This document shows, piece after piece, positions 19,204 to 29,600 of a DNA stretch of 64,000 bases; position 1 is the first letter of the stretch, and every line of letters starts with the position of its first letter. The position numbers and the translations under genes are program-made. This stretch comes from Myxococcota bacterium (GTDB lineage: Bacteria; Myxococcota_A; UBA9160; UBA4427), in the NCBI GenBank assembly GCA_965250285.1, contig OZ252299.1, positions 1,888,001 to 1,952,000 of the forward strand, written 5' to 3'. A model generated the notes under the pieces. The model saw nothing but the letters and a program-made list of their open reading frames with translations. It did not search any database and was not told the origin of the DNA.

Positions 19204-20475
19204 CTACTCTTCGATCAGCTCCACGAACAGATCATCGAGATCCTGGACGACGGGCTGACCACCGGTCTCGGCCTCGGGCTCGTCGGAGAGCACGATCTGG
19301 GTGGCCTCGGCCGAGAGCGAAGCCGAAGCGTTGTCGGCTTCGAACGTCGGCAACGCCTCGCTCAGCGAGTCGCCCGGGTCAGCCGACCCGAAGCCGGCGT
19401 CCATCAATGTCGTGAGCTCCGCCTCGGCGCTCGCCGCCTTCGGCGAAGCGGCCGCGCCGCTCGGCTCGACGTAGGCGTCGAGGTCGGTGCCCGTCGAGAT
19501 GATGGTCGTCTGTTCGGCGCTCGCGCTGTCGTTGCCCCCGCCCAGCACGGCATCCGCAACGGCAGCGGCGGGCTTCGGCGGCGGGATCGGGCGCTCGAAC
19601 GCCTCGGCGAGATCGGCCGGCGGCGCGACCCCCGGTGCCAGGCTGGTATGCGTCGAGCCGGGCTCCGCACCGATGGCCAGATCGCCCGCTGCTCGCTCGA
19701 CGTCGGTCGGCTCGATCGACTGACGGCCGGCGAGGAACGCCTCGAAGAGCGCGTTGTCGATCAGCGTGTTGATGATGCGCGGACGACCGCGACTGAACTT
19801 GAGCAGGGTCTCGGCGGCCGCGGGCGGCACGATGTTCGGCTGGCCGCCGGCCAGACCGATCCGGTGGTAGAGATACGCGGTGACGTTCGCGAGATCGAGG
19901 GGCTGCAGACGCACCCGCACGTCGACCCGTTGATGCAGCGAAGACTCACCCTGAAGCCGATCCTCGAGCTCGGACGAGCCGACGAGCACCAGCGACAGGA
20001 GGCCCCGATCCTCGTACTCGAGATTCAGCAGGCCACCGATCTCGGCCAGCGCGTCGGGGCTCAGGATGTGCGAGTCGTCGATGATGAGCACCGCGTGGCG
20101 ACCGTCTTCGCGGACGATCGCCAGGTGCTCGTAGATCTGACCGATCAGGGCCGAGCGTTCGCCCGCGGGCTCGTCGACGCCGAGCTGGCCCGCGAACCGC
20201 GACAGCACGCTCTGCGCGTCGGCAGCGCCCGGCAGCATCACCATCAGCACGGCTTCGAAGATCTCCTCTTCGAGGTTCTCGTAGAGCCGACGGGTGAGCA
20301 GCGTCTTGCCGGCACCGGCCTCACCGGTCAGCAGACACAGCCCCTTGTTCTGCCGCACGGCCCGGTCGAGCCGACGCATGGCGTCCGTATGGCACGCGCT
20401 CTCGAAGAAGAAGCGCAGATCGGGCTCGTTGCGGAAGGGATCCTGGCTCAATCCGAAGTGCTGCAGATGCTCCAC
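19204..20475 (-). CDS. ExeA/GspA-family AAA ATPase with an acidic C-terminal tail
   Basis: HFGLSQDPFRNEPD.RFFF, Walker A GEAGAGKT, LIIDDSH and GRPRIINTLIDNALF. Confidence 0.85.
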   Translation of the reverse strand: MEHLQHFGLSQDPFRNEPDLRFFFESACHTDAMRRLDRAVRQNKGLCLLTGEAGAGKTLLTRRLYENLEEEIFEAVLMVMLPGAADAQSVLSRFAGQLGVDEPAGERSALIGQIYEHLAIVREDGRHAVLIIDDSHILSPDALAEIGGLLNLEYEDRGLLSLVLVGSSELEDRLQGESSLHQRVDVRVRLQPLDLANVTAYLYHRIGLAGGQPNIVPPAAAETLLKFSRGRPRIINTLIDNALFEAFLAGRQSIEPTDVERAAGDLAIGAEPGSTHTSLAPGVAPPADLAEAFERPIPPPKPAAAVADAVLGGGNDSASAEQTTIISTGTDLDAYVEPSGAAASPKAASAEAELTTLMDAGFGSADPGDSLSEALPTFEADNASASLSAEATQIVLSDEPEAETGGQPVVQDLDDLFVELIEE

Positions 20476-20527
20476 GACTCGACCTCTCGATTCCTGACGC
20501 GCGTCTCTCGGCCGCGGCGGCGGCGGA

Positions 20528-23500
20528 TCAGACGAACGAGATCTTCTTCTTGCGGCGACCCGACGACCCCGGATCGGTCGGCGGTTCGTCGTCGGCCTCG
20601 GGCATCGGCTCGGCGTCGACGACGTCGGGCTCGGGTTCTTCTTCGACGGCCGTGATCACGTCGTCGAAGCTCTCGAACGACTCGGCCGGGGCCTCGGGTG
20701 CAGCGTCGTCGCCCCCGTCTTCCGAGAACAGGTCGTCGAACGACTCGAAGCCGGCATCGGCCTCGCTCGCGAGCTCGACGGGCGCACCGCTGCCGCCACC
20801 GCGGACGGCCTCGAGCCGCTCCTCGATGGTCGGGAAGCTCGCATCGAGGGACTGCACCTCGAGATAGACACTCTCGGCCCGACCCGGATCGCCGGCGGCC
20901 TCGTGCGCGCGACCGAGATCGAAGTACACACCGACCTTTCGGCCTTCTTCGAGCTCGGGGGTGGCGAGCGCCTGCTCGAGGTGGTTGACCGCGTCGCTCG
21001 CGCGCCCCAGATCGAGGGCACACAGGCCCATCATGTGCAGGCTCTCGAGCCGACGGTTGGTCGAGTCGATGCAGACGCGGAACTCGGCAATGGCGTCTTC
21101 GTACAGACCCATCTCGCGGTAGGCAATGCCGAGGTCATAGCGCGTCTCGTAGTCGCCCTCTTCGAGCGACGCGCTCACGCCCTTCTTGAAGTCGCTGAAG
21201 ATCGACTCGAAGCCATCTTCGACCTTCGAAAGGACCGAGGCCGTCTCGCCCGACTCCCCGTCGCTGGGCGGATCGTCGGCGTTGGCCTCTTCGAAGGCCC
21301 CGGCCAGCTCGGCCGCGAGATCGAACGAGTCACCGGCGTCGTCGGCCGCCGCCGCGACGGGCTCGGGCGGCGTCGAAGCAGACTCGAGCGTGGGCTCGAT
21401 CGGCTGCGTTTCTTCGATGGTCGGGGTCGCGTCGGCAAGCGCGGCATCGGCCATGTCTTCCGCGAGCAGCGGGCTCGCAGGGACTTCGACCGCGGCGGCG
21501 GCCGCGGCGTCGAGCATCTCGACCTCGGTCGACTCTTCGGTGTCGGCGTCGAAGGTCACGTCGAGATCGAGACCCGCTTCCACGCTCTCCGTGGTCGGCT
21601 CGCTCTCGTCTGCTGCCGGCGTCGGATCGGGGGCGGCTTCGAGGCCGATGTCGAGCGCGGCCTCTTCGATGAGCGCGCCGTCTTCGCCGTCCGTCGCGGC
21701 GTCCACCGACTCCGGGCTGCCCCCGCGGCTCGCCTCGATCTCGCCGAGCCGCAGCAACGCGCTCGGGTGGCCGGGCGCCGACGCGAGAACGCGGCGGTAG
21801 ATCTCCTCCGCCTCGTCGTACAGCTCCTGCTGCAGGTAGAACTCGGCCTCTTCGAGCTCACCGGCGATGCGCTGAGCGGTCGTGGTCGAGTGCTCACCTG
21901 CCGACGTGTCCATGTCGCCGGGCGCTTCGATCGCGGTGCCGTCCGTATCGACGTCCACGTCGATGTCGAGCTCGGCGCCCACGTCGTCGCTCAGTTCGAG
22001 GCCCGCGTCGCCGTCGCCGATCTCGAAACCGATCTCGTCGTCCGGTTCGTCGGCGCCGGCACCGATCTCGAGCCCGGCATCGACGCTGATGTCGAGCCCG
22101 GCGTCGGGGTCGGTCTCGGAGAGATCGAAGCCCACGTCGGCTCCGCTGTCCGAGAGATCGAAGCTCGAATCGGAGTCGGCTCCGGAATCCGTCAGATCGA
22201 AGTCCGAATCGGATTCGGCCCCCGAATCCGACAGATCGAAGCCGGCGTCGCCCGCGTCGAGGTCGAGCTCGTCGTCCGCGGCGCTGGCATCGGCCCCAAC
22301 GCCGTCCGAAGCCTCTGCCAGTGCGGCCGCGAGATCGTCGTCGGCATCGATGTCGATCTCGAACGAGCCGTCGTCGGCGGCGACATCACCGTCGCCGGTG
22401 GCATCGTCGAGCGATAGCTCGAGCCCGTCCTCGTCGTCGAGGTCGAGGTCGATCTCCGCGCCCGCTCCGGCGCTCGGTTCGGGCGCATCGACTTCGACAT
22501 CGAGATCCAGCTCGAGCTCGAGCTCGTCGTCCGCTGCGCCGTCAGCGGCCGCGGACGGTCCGGCGTCGAGGCTCGGCAGCGCGGCCGCGGCGTCGGGATC
22601 GAGCGTGTGAATGCGATCGCGAAGCAGATCGAGCGCGCCGGCGTCGCCCTGCTCTGCGGCGAGCTCGGCGGCACGCGTCCAGTGCGCGACGGCGCCCGCT
22701 TCGTTGCCCTGCTCGGCCACGGCCTCGCCCAGCTTCTCGAGCGCACCGCGGTGACCGGGATCCTGGAGGAGGATGGCCTTCAGGCTCGCCATCGCCTGCT
22801 CGACCTTGCCGTAGCGCAGATAGACACTCGCCTCGGCGAAGAGCTGGTCGGGGTCGCCTTCCGGCACCTCGATCTCGGGGGCACTGTCGGCGTCGGGATC
22901 TGCGTCGGGGACCTCGAGCGGCGTCGGATCCTGCGGCGTGTCGAGCTCGATCTCGGGCTCGGGCTCGGGCGCCGGCGGGCTGTCGTCGACCTCGTCGCCG
23001 AGCAGGAACTCGTCGTCGTCGAGCAGCTCGTCGTCCGAGAGCGAGGGCTCCTCCATCTCACTCTGATCACTGCCGATGCCACCGGCATCCACGACGGCGT
23101 CGGTCGGCAGCCGCTGCATGATCTCACGGGCCTGATCTTCATCGCCGCGGTCGCGGTAGAGCTTCGCCAGCGAGCGCGTCGTGATCGCGAGCTTCTCGTC
23201 GTCGTCGAGCGACCGATAGATCGTGCAGAGCCGCTCGAGGTTCTCGGCGTCCGCATCGAGGTCGGCCAGGCGAGCGGCGAAGGGTTCGGCGCGGTCGGCG
23301 CGACCGAGCTCGATGTTGACGTCGGCGAGCTTCGACAGCGTGTCCGTCGACTCGGGCTCGATCTCGAGGATCCGCTCGAGGACGGGCGGCACCGAATCGA
23401 GCGCGCCCTGACGCTTCAGCTCGTCGGCGACCTCGCCGTACTCGGCCACCGCATCCGACTCCATGCCTTCCTGCTTGAGCAGGTCGGCCACCTTCATGCG

Positions 23501-23947
23501 GCTCGTCGTGTTCGAAGGGTCGAGCGCAGCCATCTTGCGAAGCAGCTCGAGGGCCTTGGGCTTGTTGCCCTCTTTGTGATAGCCGTCGGCGGCGGTCTGC
23601 AGCGCGCCGATCGCCTCGGCGTCGAGGCCCATGTGCTGATACAGATCGCCCAGCGAGACGTGCGTCTCGTAGCGCTTCGGGTCGAGGTTCAGGATCTGCT
23701 TGTAGACCGCCACTGCGCGGGCATCGAAGCCATCCTGACGAAACTGGGATGCGACCTTGTTGTACTGCGCGATCGCCTCTTCGACCTGGCCCCAGCGCCG
23801 ATACGCGTCGCCGACCTCGAGCATGAGCTTGGCGTCGCGGGGATCCGCCGCGAGGAGCTTGTCGTACTCCTTGAGAGCCTTCTGCTTGGCGCCCTTCTGC
23901 GCATGTTTGCGCGCGGCGTCCAGAACTTTGCGCTTGTTCAAGGCCAA
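20528..23947 (-). CDS. Large TPR protein, SgmX-like (type IV pilus polarity factor)
   Basis: N-terminal TPR array, two isolated TPR modules inside long acidic linkers, C-terminal TPRs (YETRYDLGIAYREMGL) and a basic tail KKKISFV. Lies downstream of pilQ/roadblock and upstream of exeA, as in myxobacteria. TTG start. Confidence 0.78.
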   Translation of the reverse strand: MALNKRKVLDAARKHAQKGAKQKALKEYDKLLAADPRDAKLMLEVGDAYRRWGQVEEAIAQYNKVASQFRQDGFDARAVAVYKQILNLDPKRYETHVSLGDLYQHMGLDAEAIGALQTAADGYHKEGNKPKALELLRKMAALDPSNTTSRMKVADLLKQEGMESDAVAEYGEVADELKRQGALDSVPPVLERILEIEPESTDTLSKLADVNIELGRADRAEPFAARLADLDADAENLERLCTIYRSLDDDEKLAITTRSLAKLYRDRGDEDQAREIMQRLPTDAVVDAGGIGSDQSEMEEPSLSDDELLDDDEFLLGDEVDDSPPAPEPEPEIELDTPQDPTPLEVPDADPDADSAPEIEVPEGDPDQLFAEASVYLRYGKVEQAMASLKAILLQDPGHRGALEKLGEAVAEQGNEAGAVAHWTRAAELAAEQGDAGALDLLRDRIHTLDPDAAAALPSLDAGPSAAADGAADDELELELDLDVEVDAPEPSAGAGAEIDLDLDDEDGLELSLDDATGDGDVAADDGSFEIDIDADDDLAAALAEASDGVGADASAADDELDLDAGDAGFDLSDSGAESDSDFDLTDSGADSDSSFDLSDSGADVGFDLSETDPDAGLDISVDAGLEIGAGADEPDDEIGFEIGDGDAGLELSDDVGAELDIDVDVDTDGTAIEAPGDMDTSAGEHSTTTAQRIAGELEEAEFYLQQELYDEAEEIYRRVLASAPGHPSALLRLGEIEASRGGSPESVDAATDGEDGALIEEAALDIGLEAAPDPTPAADESEPTTESVEAGLDLDVTFDADTEESTEVEMLDAAAAAAVEVPASPLLAEDMADAALADATPTIEETQPIEPTLESASTPPEPVAAAADDAGDSFDLAAELAGAFEEANADDPPSDGESGETASVLSKVEDGFESIFSDFKKGVSASLEEGDYETRYDLGIAYREMGLYEDAIAEFRVCIDSTNRRLESLHMMGLCALDLGRASDAVNHLEQALATPELEEGRKVGVYFDLGRAHEAAGDPGRAESVYLEVQSLDASFPTIEERLEAVRGGGSGAPVELASEADAGFESFDDLFSEDGGDDAAPEAPAESFESFDDVITAVEEEPEPDVVDAEPMPEADDEPPTDPGSSGRRKKKISFV

Positions 23948-24025
23948 CGGGTCCCTCGGCGGTCGACAGAGGGGCAGCCACGGCACACCACGCCAGCGGT
24001 GGCAGTGATCCCCCCACGTACTGCC

Positions 24026-24051
24026 TATCGGCCAGCGCGCGCCCCCCTTGA
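24026..24051 (-). promoter_or_regulatory. Sigma28/FliA-like promoter upstream of the SgmX-like gene
   Basis: TCAAG-N14-GCCGATA on the minus strand, about 80 bp above the start. Confidence 0.65.
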
Positions 24052-24221
24052 GCAAACCAGGGGGTTCCCTTCGGGAAACTGAGTGCTTCCACGCACGGTG
24101 ATTCGGGGGGAGTACGCAGCCTCGTTCGGGTCTCGAATCGCGCCGGAGGCGGCTTGAAATGCACTGAGACAGGGCCCGGCACGGCCGCGAGGCGGCGAAC
24201 TCCGGATCGAGGGCGAGCCCC

Positions 24222-24671
24222 TCAGCGCGCCTTCAGGTGCTCCACGAGCCCCTCGAGTCCGGCGCGATATCCCGCCGCGCCGAGGCCCGAAACCACCGCC
24301 AGCGCGATGTCCGACACGTAGGAATGGTGCCGGAAGGGCTCGCGGGCGAAGACGTTCGACAGGTGCACCTCGACGATGGGGAGCCCGGTCGCCGCGAGCG
24401 CATCGCGGATGGCGATGCTCGTATGGGTGAAGGCCGCCGGGTTGATCACGACACCATCGGCCTCGCCCATCGCCTGCTGGATGCGCTCGACGAGCTCACC
24501 TTCGTGATTCGATTGGAACGACGCGACTTCGCAGCCGAGCGACTTGCCCGCTTCGGCGAGACGGGCGTCGATGTCGGCCAGCGTCGTGTGCCCGTAGATC
24601 TCGGGCTCACGCCGCCCCAGCAGATTCAAGTTGGGACCGTGCAGGATCAGGATGCGGTGGACGTCGGACAC
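24222..24671 (-). CDS. aroQ: Type II 3-dehydroquinate dehydratase
   Basis: [39 protein letters not shown] and [15 protein letters not shown]. Confidence 0.96.
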   Translation of the reverse strand: MSDVHRILILHGPNLNLLGRREPEIYGHTTLADIDARLAEAGKSLGCEVASFQSNHEGELVERIQQAMGEADGVVINPAAFTHTSIAIRDALAATGLPIVEVHLSNVFAREPFRHHSYVSDIALAVVSGLGAAGYRAGLEGLVEHLKAR

Positions 24672-24738
24672 GAGCGATCTCCGCGTCGGAGACGACGGAT
24701 CGGCGGCAGGCGCCCCGCCCTTCGATCGTCTCGCCGGC

Positions 24739-25113
24739 TCAGAGTTCCTGACGGATCGCCAGGATGCTGCGACGAATCAGATAGCGCGCTTTGCCGAGGT
24801 TGGCCTCTGGCGACAGCGCGCACACGACGAGGATGTCCTCGTCAACGTGGTGGAAGATCAGGGTCATGCGCTCGAGCGTCACGACGGTTTCGCGCACTGC
24901 GCCGCCACCGAGCGTGCTCGCGGCCTTGGCCACGTCGCCGATGATCCGGCTGAACTCGACCCCGGCGGCCCCGATGTCGCCGCCGAGCGGATCGCTCGCC
25001 CCCGACTGCGCCTGCACGCTCGAAATGGCGATGCCATCCGACTCCATCAGCGCGAGCGCCAGCGCCCCCGGACAGTCGGAGAGGATCTGCTGCAGAATCG
25101 TCTCGAAGCTCAT
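24739..25113 (-). CDS. Roadblock/LC7 domain protein (MglB/MglC-like)
   Basis: MSF..IL......PGA....LM..DGI and GKARY motifs; position after pilQ matches mglC-type loci. Confidence 0.8.
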   Translation of the reverse strand: MSFETILQQILSDCPGALALALMESDGIAISSVQAQSGASDPLGGDIGAAGVEFSRIIGDVAKAASTLGGGAVRETVVTLERMTLIFHHVDEDILVVCALSPEANLGKARYLIRRSILAIRQEL

Positions 25114-26288
25114 GCCACCCCCCGCTGCAGATTATGCAGCCAGCGCTCGAGTGTGGCCAGCACGCGGGCCCTCTGCGCCGCGTCGAGCTCATCTTCGGTC
25201 GTGGCCGACGCAGGCGCGGGCATCTGCTCGGCCGCATCCATCGGCGTGGCATCCTCGAACGGCGCGCCGGCCGCGAGCCCGGGTGCGAGCCCCTCAGGCT
25301 CGAGCGTCTCGTCGTCGAGCGCCGTGCGGATCGAGTTGGCGCCCGCATGATCGCCCTGCTGCTCGAGCAGACCCGCCATCGTGTGGGTCGCGAACGCCCC
25401 GCTCGCGGTCAGGTCGTATTCGCCCGGCTCGGCGTCGGGCCCCGGTGCCGCATCGACCTCGACCGCTGCGCTCTCGTCGGGGGCGTCGAACTCGGAGCGG
25501 TGAGCAGACGACCCGGTCTCGGCCCGCGCCGCGGCGCCGTGGTCGGCCACGCTGTCGAACGCCGAGGTGTCACCGAGCGGGCCGTCGGTCACAAGCGCAG
25601 ACGCGTCCGAGAGCGTCGAATCCCCATCTAGCGACACATCGGGATCAAAGAGCGACGGTTCGGCAGCGGACTGCGCGCGCGTCTCGCTCGACGCTTCGGC
25701 GTCGAGCGGAGCCTCGACCTCGAGCGGAGCGTTCGCCTCCAGCGCAGCGTCTGCGGCGAATACAGCCTCAGCGTCGAGCCCGGCCCCTTCTTCGAGCAAC
25801 GGATCCGCGTCGATCTCAGCGTCGACTTCGAACGGGGCCTCGGCGTCGAGGATCGACTCGGCCATGCGATTCGGTGAGTGCATTTCGTCGGGCTGCGCCT
25901 CGGCCTCGTCGAAGGCCGCATCGATCTCGGCGTCGGCGACCACCTCGAACGTATCCGACGAATCGGTCCGCGCATCGACCGGCGCCAGCGGTGCCTCCGG
26001 CTCGGTCTCGATGCGGTAGGGCTCGAGCATCTCGTCGAGCACGCGCTCGAGCTGGGCACGGCCCTGCTCGGGCTCGCCCAGATCCATTCGCGCCAGCGCG
26101 AGGGCCACGCGGCCGGCCAACCGTGAAGGCGCGCTGTCGAGGCCCGCCTCGGCCACGTCGCGGGCAGAAGTCGCGTCGCCCGCGCGCCGCAGCGCTTCGG
26201 CCAACGCCGGAAACTCGGGCGCCCCGGGGTCGTCGGCGACACGCGTGCGCAGGGCATCGAGGTCGAATCGAGCGTGTTCGTCGTGCAT
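25110..26288 (-). CDS. Hypothetical protein with a TPR-like N-terminus and an acidic repetitive linker
   Basis: DP....F..LAEALRRAG...A helix pair, quasi-6-aa DAEA repeats and a C-terminal FAT.TMA.LL.QQG...LERWL motif. ATGA overlap with the roadblock gene. Confidence 0.7.
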   Translation of the reverse strand: MHDEHARFDLDALRTRVADDPGAPEFPALAEALRRAGDATSARDVAEAGLDSAPSRLAGRVALALARMDLGEPEQGRAQLERVLDEMLEPYRIETEPEAPLAPVDARTDSSDTFEVVADAEIDAAFDEAEAQPDEMHSPNRMAESILDAEAPFEVDAEIDADPLLEEGAGLDAEAVFAADAALEANAPLEVEAPLDAEASSETRAQSAAEPSLFDPDVSLDGDSTLSDASALVTDGPLGDTSAFDSVADHGAAARAETGSSAHRSEFDAPDESAAVEVDAAPGPDAEPGEYDLTASGAFATHTMAGLLEQQGDHAGANSIRTALDDETLEPEGLAPGLAAGAPFEDATPMDAAEQMPAPASATTEDELDAAQRARVLATLERWLHNLQRGVA

Positions 26289-26330
26289 CCCTTGCCCCCC
26301 ATCCGATGCGCGACCGACCGGCTGATCGGC

Positions 26331-26372
26331 TCGGTCCTCGCGTCGGTCCTCTTGTCGGTCCTCGCATCGGTC
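26331..26372. repeat. 12-bp tandem repeat TCGGTCCTCNNN, about 3.5 copies
   Basis: tcggtcctcgcg tcggtcctcttg tcggtcctcgca tcggtc. Confidence 0.8.
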
Positions 26373-26400
26373 TCGGTCGATCCGCGCGTCTCGACCCGAG

Positions 26401-26463
26401 CTCAGCCGCCGGCGCTCGGCCCGCGTTGCTCAGCCGCCGGCGCTCGGCCCGCGTTGCTCAGCC
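26401..26463. repeat. 28-bp perfect tandem repeat, 2.25 copies
   Basis: CTCAGCCGCCGGCGCTCGGCCCGCGTTG at 26401 and 26429, then CTCAGCC. Confidence 0.92.
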
Positions 26464-26560
26464 CCCGGCCAGCCGCCGTCGTCCGTGATCCGTCATCGGC
26501 AGATTCCGGCACCGAAGTGAGTCTCGCCAGCCGACCCGCCCCGCGTCGGACGAGGCCCAG

Positions 26561-26597
26561 TATAGAAGACGGGGGGAAGCCAAAGCTCCCCCCCGTC
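26561..26597 (-). terminator. Intrinsic terminator after pilQ
   Basis: Minus strand GACGGGGGGGAGC-TTTG-GCTTCCCCCCGTC (13-bp stem with one G:U) then TTCTATA. Confidence 0.75.
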
Positions 26598-26627
26598 CAG
26601 TTTGGTGCCGTTCTCAGCTTGGAACGA

Positions 26628-29600
26628 TCAGTTCGTCGCCAGCTGAGGGTTGAGCACGATCCTCGGCGTCACGAAGATCAGCAGCTCCTTGCGGATGTCC
26701 GAGAGCTCTCGCGACTTGAAGGCCGCGCCCAACACCGGGATCCGGTGCAGGTAGGGCACTCGCGTCTCGCGCTCGGTCTTGTCGATGGTGTAGATGCCAC
26801 CGATGACCAGCGTCTGACCGTCCTTCACCAGCGTCTCGGTCTTCGCCTGGTTCTTGGCGATGGCCGGCGAGCCGGTGGGCGTGGGCACCGAGGCGTCGGG
26901 CGCATTGCGCGTCACCTCGAGGCTCATGATGATGCTGCGATCCGTGGTGATGTGCGGCGTGACCTTGAGCGAGAGCACGGCGTCGATGAACTCGAGCCGG
27001 GCGTCGCCACTTTCGAAGGTCTGGAACGGGATCGACACACCCTGCTCGATGACCGCTTCCCGGTTGTCGAGGGTCACCACGCGCGGGCTCGAGATCACCT
27101 TGCCCTCACCGGTGGCCTCAGCCGCCTGGATCTGCACGTCGACGCGCATCTTCTCGTCCAGCAGGAAGGCGCCGAAGTTCAGAGCGCCCGTCGCCGTGCT
27201 GGTGATCGGATTCGCGACCGCCACGCTGTTCTCACCCTGGAACTTGAAGGCATCGCTGCCCAGGTCCTGGCGCGGATCCGAAGCCGGATCGAAGCCGTTC
27301 TGGAGCGGCTGCGTGCCGACTCGCCACACCGAGCCGAGCTCGCGAGCGAAGTCGAGGCTGGCCTCGACGATCTTGGCTTCGATCATCACCTGCGGCGTCT
27401 GCGTATCCACCGCCTGGATCAATGCCGTCGCCTCGTCGATGACCGCGCTGATGTCCTTGATGATCACGGTGTTGGTGCGCTCGTCGATGTTGACCGTGCC
27501 TCGGGGCGACAGGAGCCGCATCACGAGGTTCGAGACGTCGTCGACGTTCGCGTAGTTGACCGGATGAAGCTTGACCTCGAGGTCCTCGAGCTTCTCCTTG
27601 TTGCGGCGCTCCTGCAGCCGGACTTCTTCCTCGACCTTGAGGATCTCGGCCGGCGCGATGCGCAGGACATTGCCCACGCGAACGAAGCCGAGGCCCTTGG
27701 TCAGGAGGATCACGTCGAGCGCCTGATCCCACGGAACGTCGACCAGGCGGATCGTGATGATGCCCTGCACCTCGTCACCCGCGATGATGTTGAGATCGGA
27801 GACCTCGGCGATGAGTCGCAGCACGTCGGCCACCTCGACATCCTTGAAGTCGAGCGAGATCCGGCGCCCCTTGTACTCCTTGCCGTCGATGAGGCCACCC
27901 TCTTCGAGGAGCTCCACCGCAGCCGGCGGCTCGAGCGAAGCGGGCGCAGCCGCACCGATCGAAACCATCCCCGCCGAGGGGTTCTCGTCTTCCCAGTTCG
28001 ACTCCGGGACGTCCTCGATCAGCGCGGGGGCGGTCGGTGCCGCATCCTCGAGCGTCTCGACGACGACCTGGTCGTCGCCCTCGGCCATGGCCGAGGCGAC
28101 CATGCCACCCTCGATCGGGTCGGCCGCCGAAGCCGGGCCAGCGTTCATTGCGGCCTCATCGGTCGCGAAGGCGGCCTCGGCGCCCGCATCCATCGCGGGC
28201 TCCGCTGCGGCCATCGCCATGCGCGCCTCCTGCTCGCCTTCGACGAACGCCGGCGGCGGCGCAGCGGCCACACCCGTGTTCTCGAAGTCGATGAAGAGGA
28301 GCGAACCGCGGCGCGTGAGCGTGGGCTCGAGATCGGGCGCACGCTTCATGACGACACGCACTTCGTCCCTCGCCACATCGGGCTGCTGGAACGTCGTGAT
28401 CAGCGAAACCGGACCAGCCTGCTGGGGCGTGATCCGCTCGGCCGCCGACGGCGCGATGCGTGCATCGAAGATGCTCACGACCACCGTCTCGGGGTCGGGC
28501 GTGTGCATCTCGTACTCGATCGTCGTGTCCGAGAGCACCGCAATGCGGTCCCGCTCGGGCGTGGTGTCGTACTGGAGACCGTAGATCTCGGCCGTCGACG
28601 AATCGCGCTCGTCGACCTCTGCGACCTCGGCGACGTCGTCCTGGGCGACCGCCGCGAAGATCTCTTCGTCCGAGACCGACTCGTCCATCATCGGGCCAGC
28701 GTCGGCCTGAGCGAAGGCATCATCGATGTCATCAGCGGTCGCCATGGCGGGCGCCGAGTCGTCAGAGACCATTGCCAGCTGCGGCTGATCGGCCGTCGAC
28801 AGCACCTCGGCCACGAGCGAGTCGACTTCCGGCGTCGTCCCCGACGAGAGCACGAGGCCCGACGTCACGGGCATGACGCGCTTGCCGGCGAAGCCCGCCG
28901 CCTGCGGACCCCCATCGAGCACCACGCGCACCTTCTCGGCGTGCGTGCCGATGCGGACGCGCGCCAGCTCGGGCGAATCGACCTCGATCTGGTTGGTCGT
29001 CACCGAGTTGGCGAGACCGGGCAGATCGACCACCAGGCGGTCGGGATCTTCCAGCTGGAAGGTCTCGGCCGAGGTGATCGTGCCGTCTGCTTCGAGGTGA
29101 ACCACGGCTCCGCCCGTCGTCGACTGCACCGACACGTTCGAGAGCTTCGTCGCCGGCGGAGCCGGAACGACTTCTGCCGCCTCGACTTCATTCGCGTCGA
29201 TCGCTTCGAAAGCCATGTCGTCCGAATCGGCTTCGGCCATCTCGGGCTCGGCCCACGGATCGTCATCGGCGGCGAGCGGCTCTTCGATCGCCTCTTCGTC
29301 GCCTTCGATCACGGCACCGATCTCGCTCACGCGGATCGCGAAACCGCCGCCGTCCGACTGCACGCCGAGGTCGGCCGCCGTCGCCAGCGCCACCTCCACA
29401 CGCACGACGGTGGCGCCGTCGCCATTCTCGAAGCTCGACGTCGAGACCTGATCGACCAGGCCGTCGTAGACCGACACCTGCTCACCCGGCTCGGCGAACG
29501 CCGCAGCCAGGCTCGTGGGCTCGGCGAGCTTGACCCCGCTGAGATCGAGCACGAAGACGTTCTCGTCTTCGAGGACGAACTCGCTGTAGGACGGAGAATC

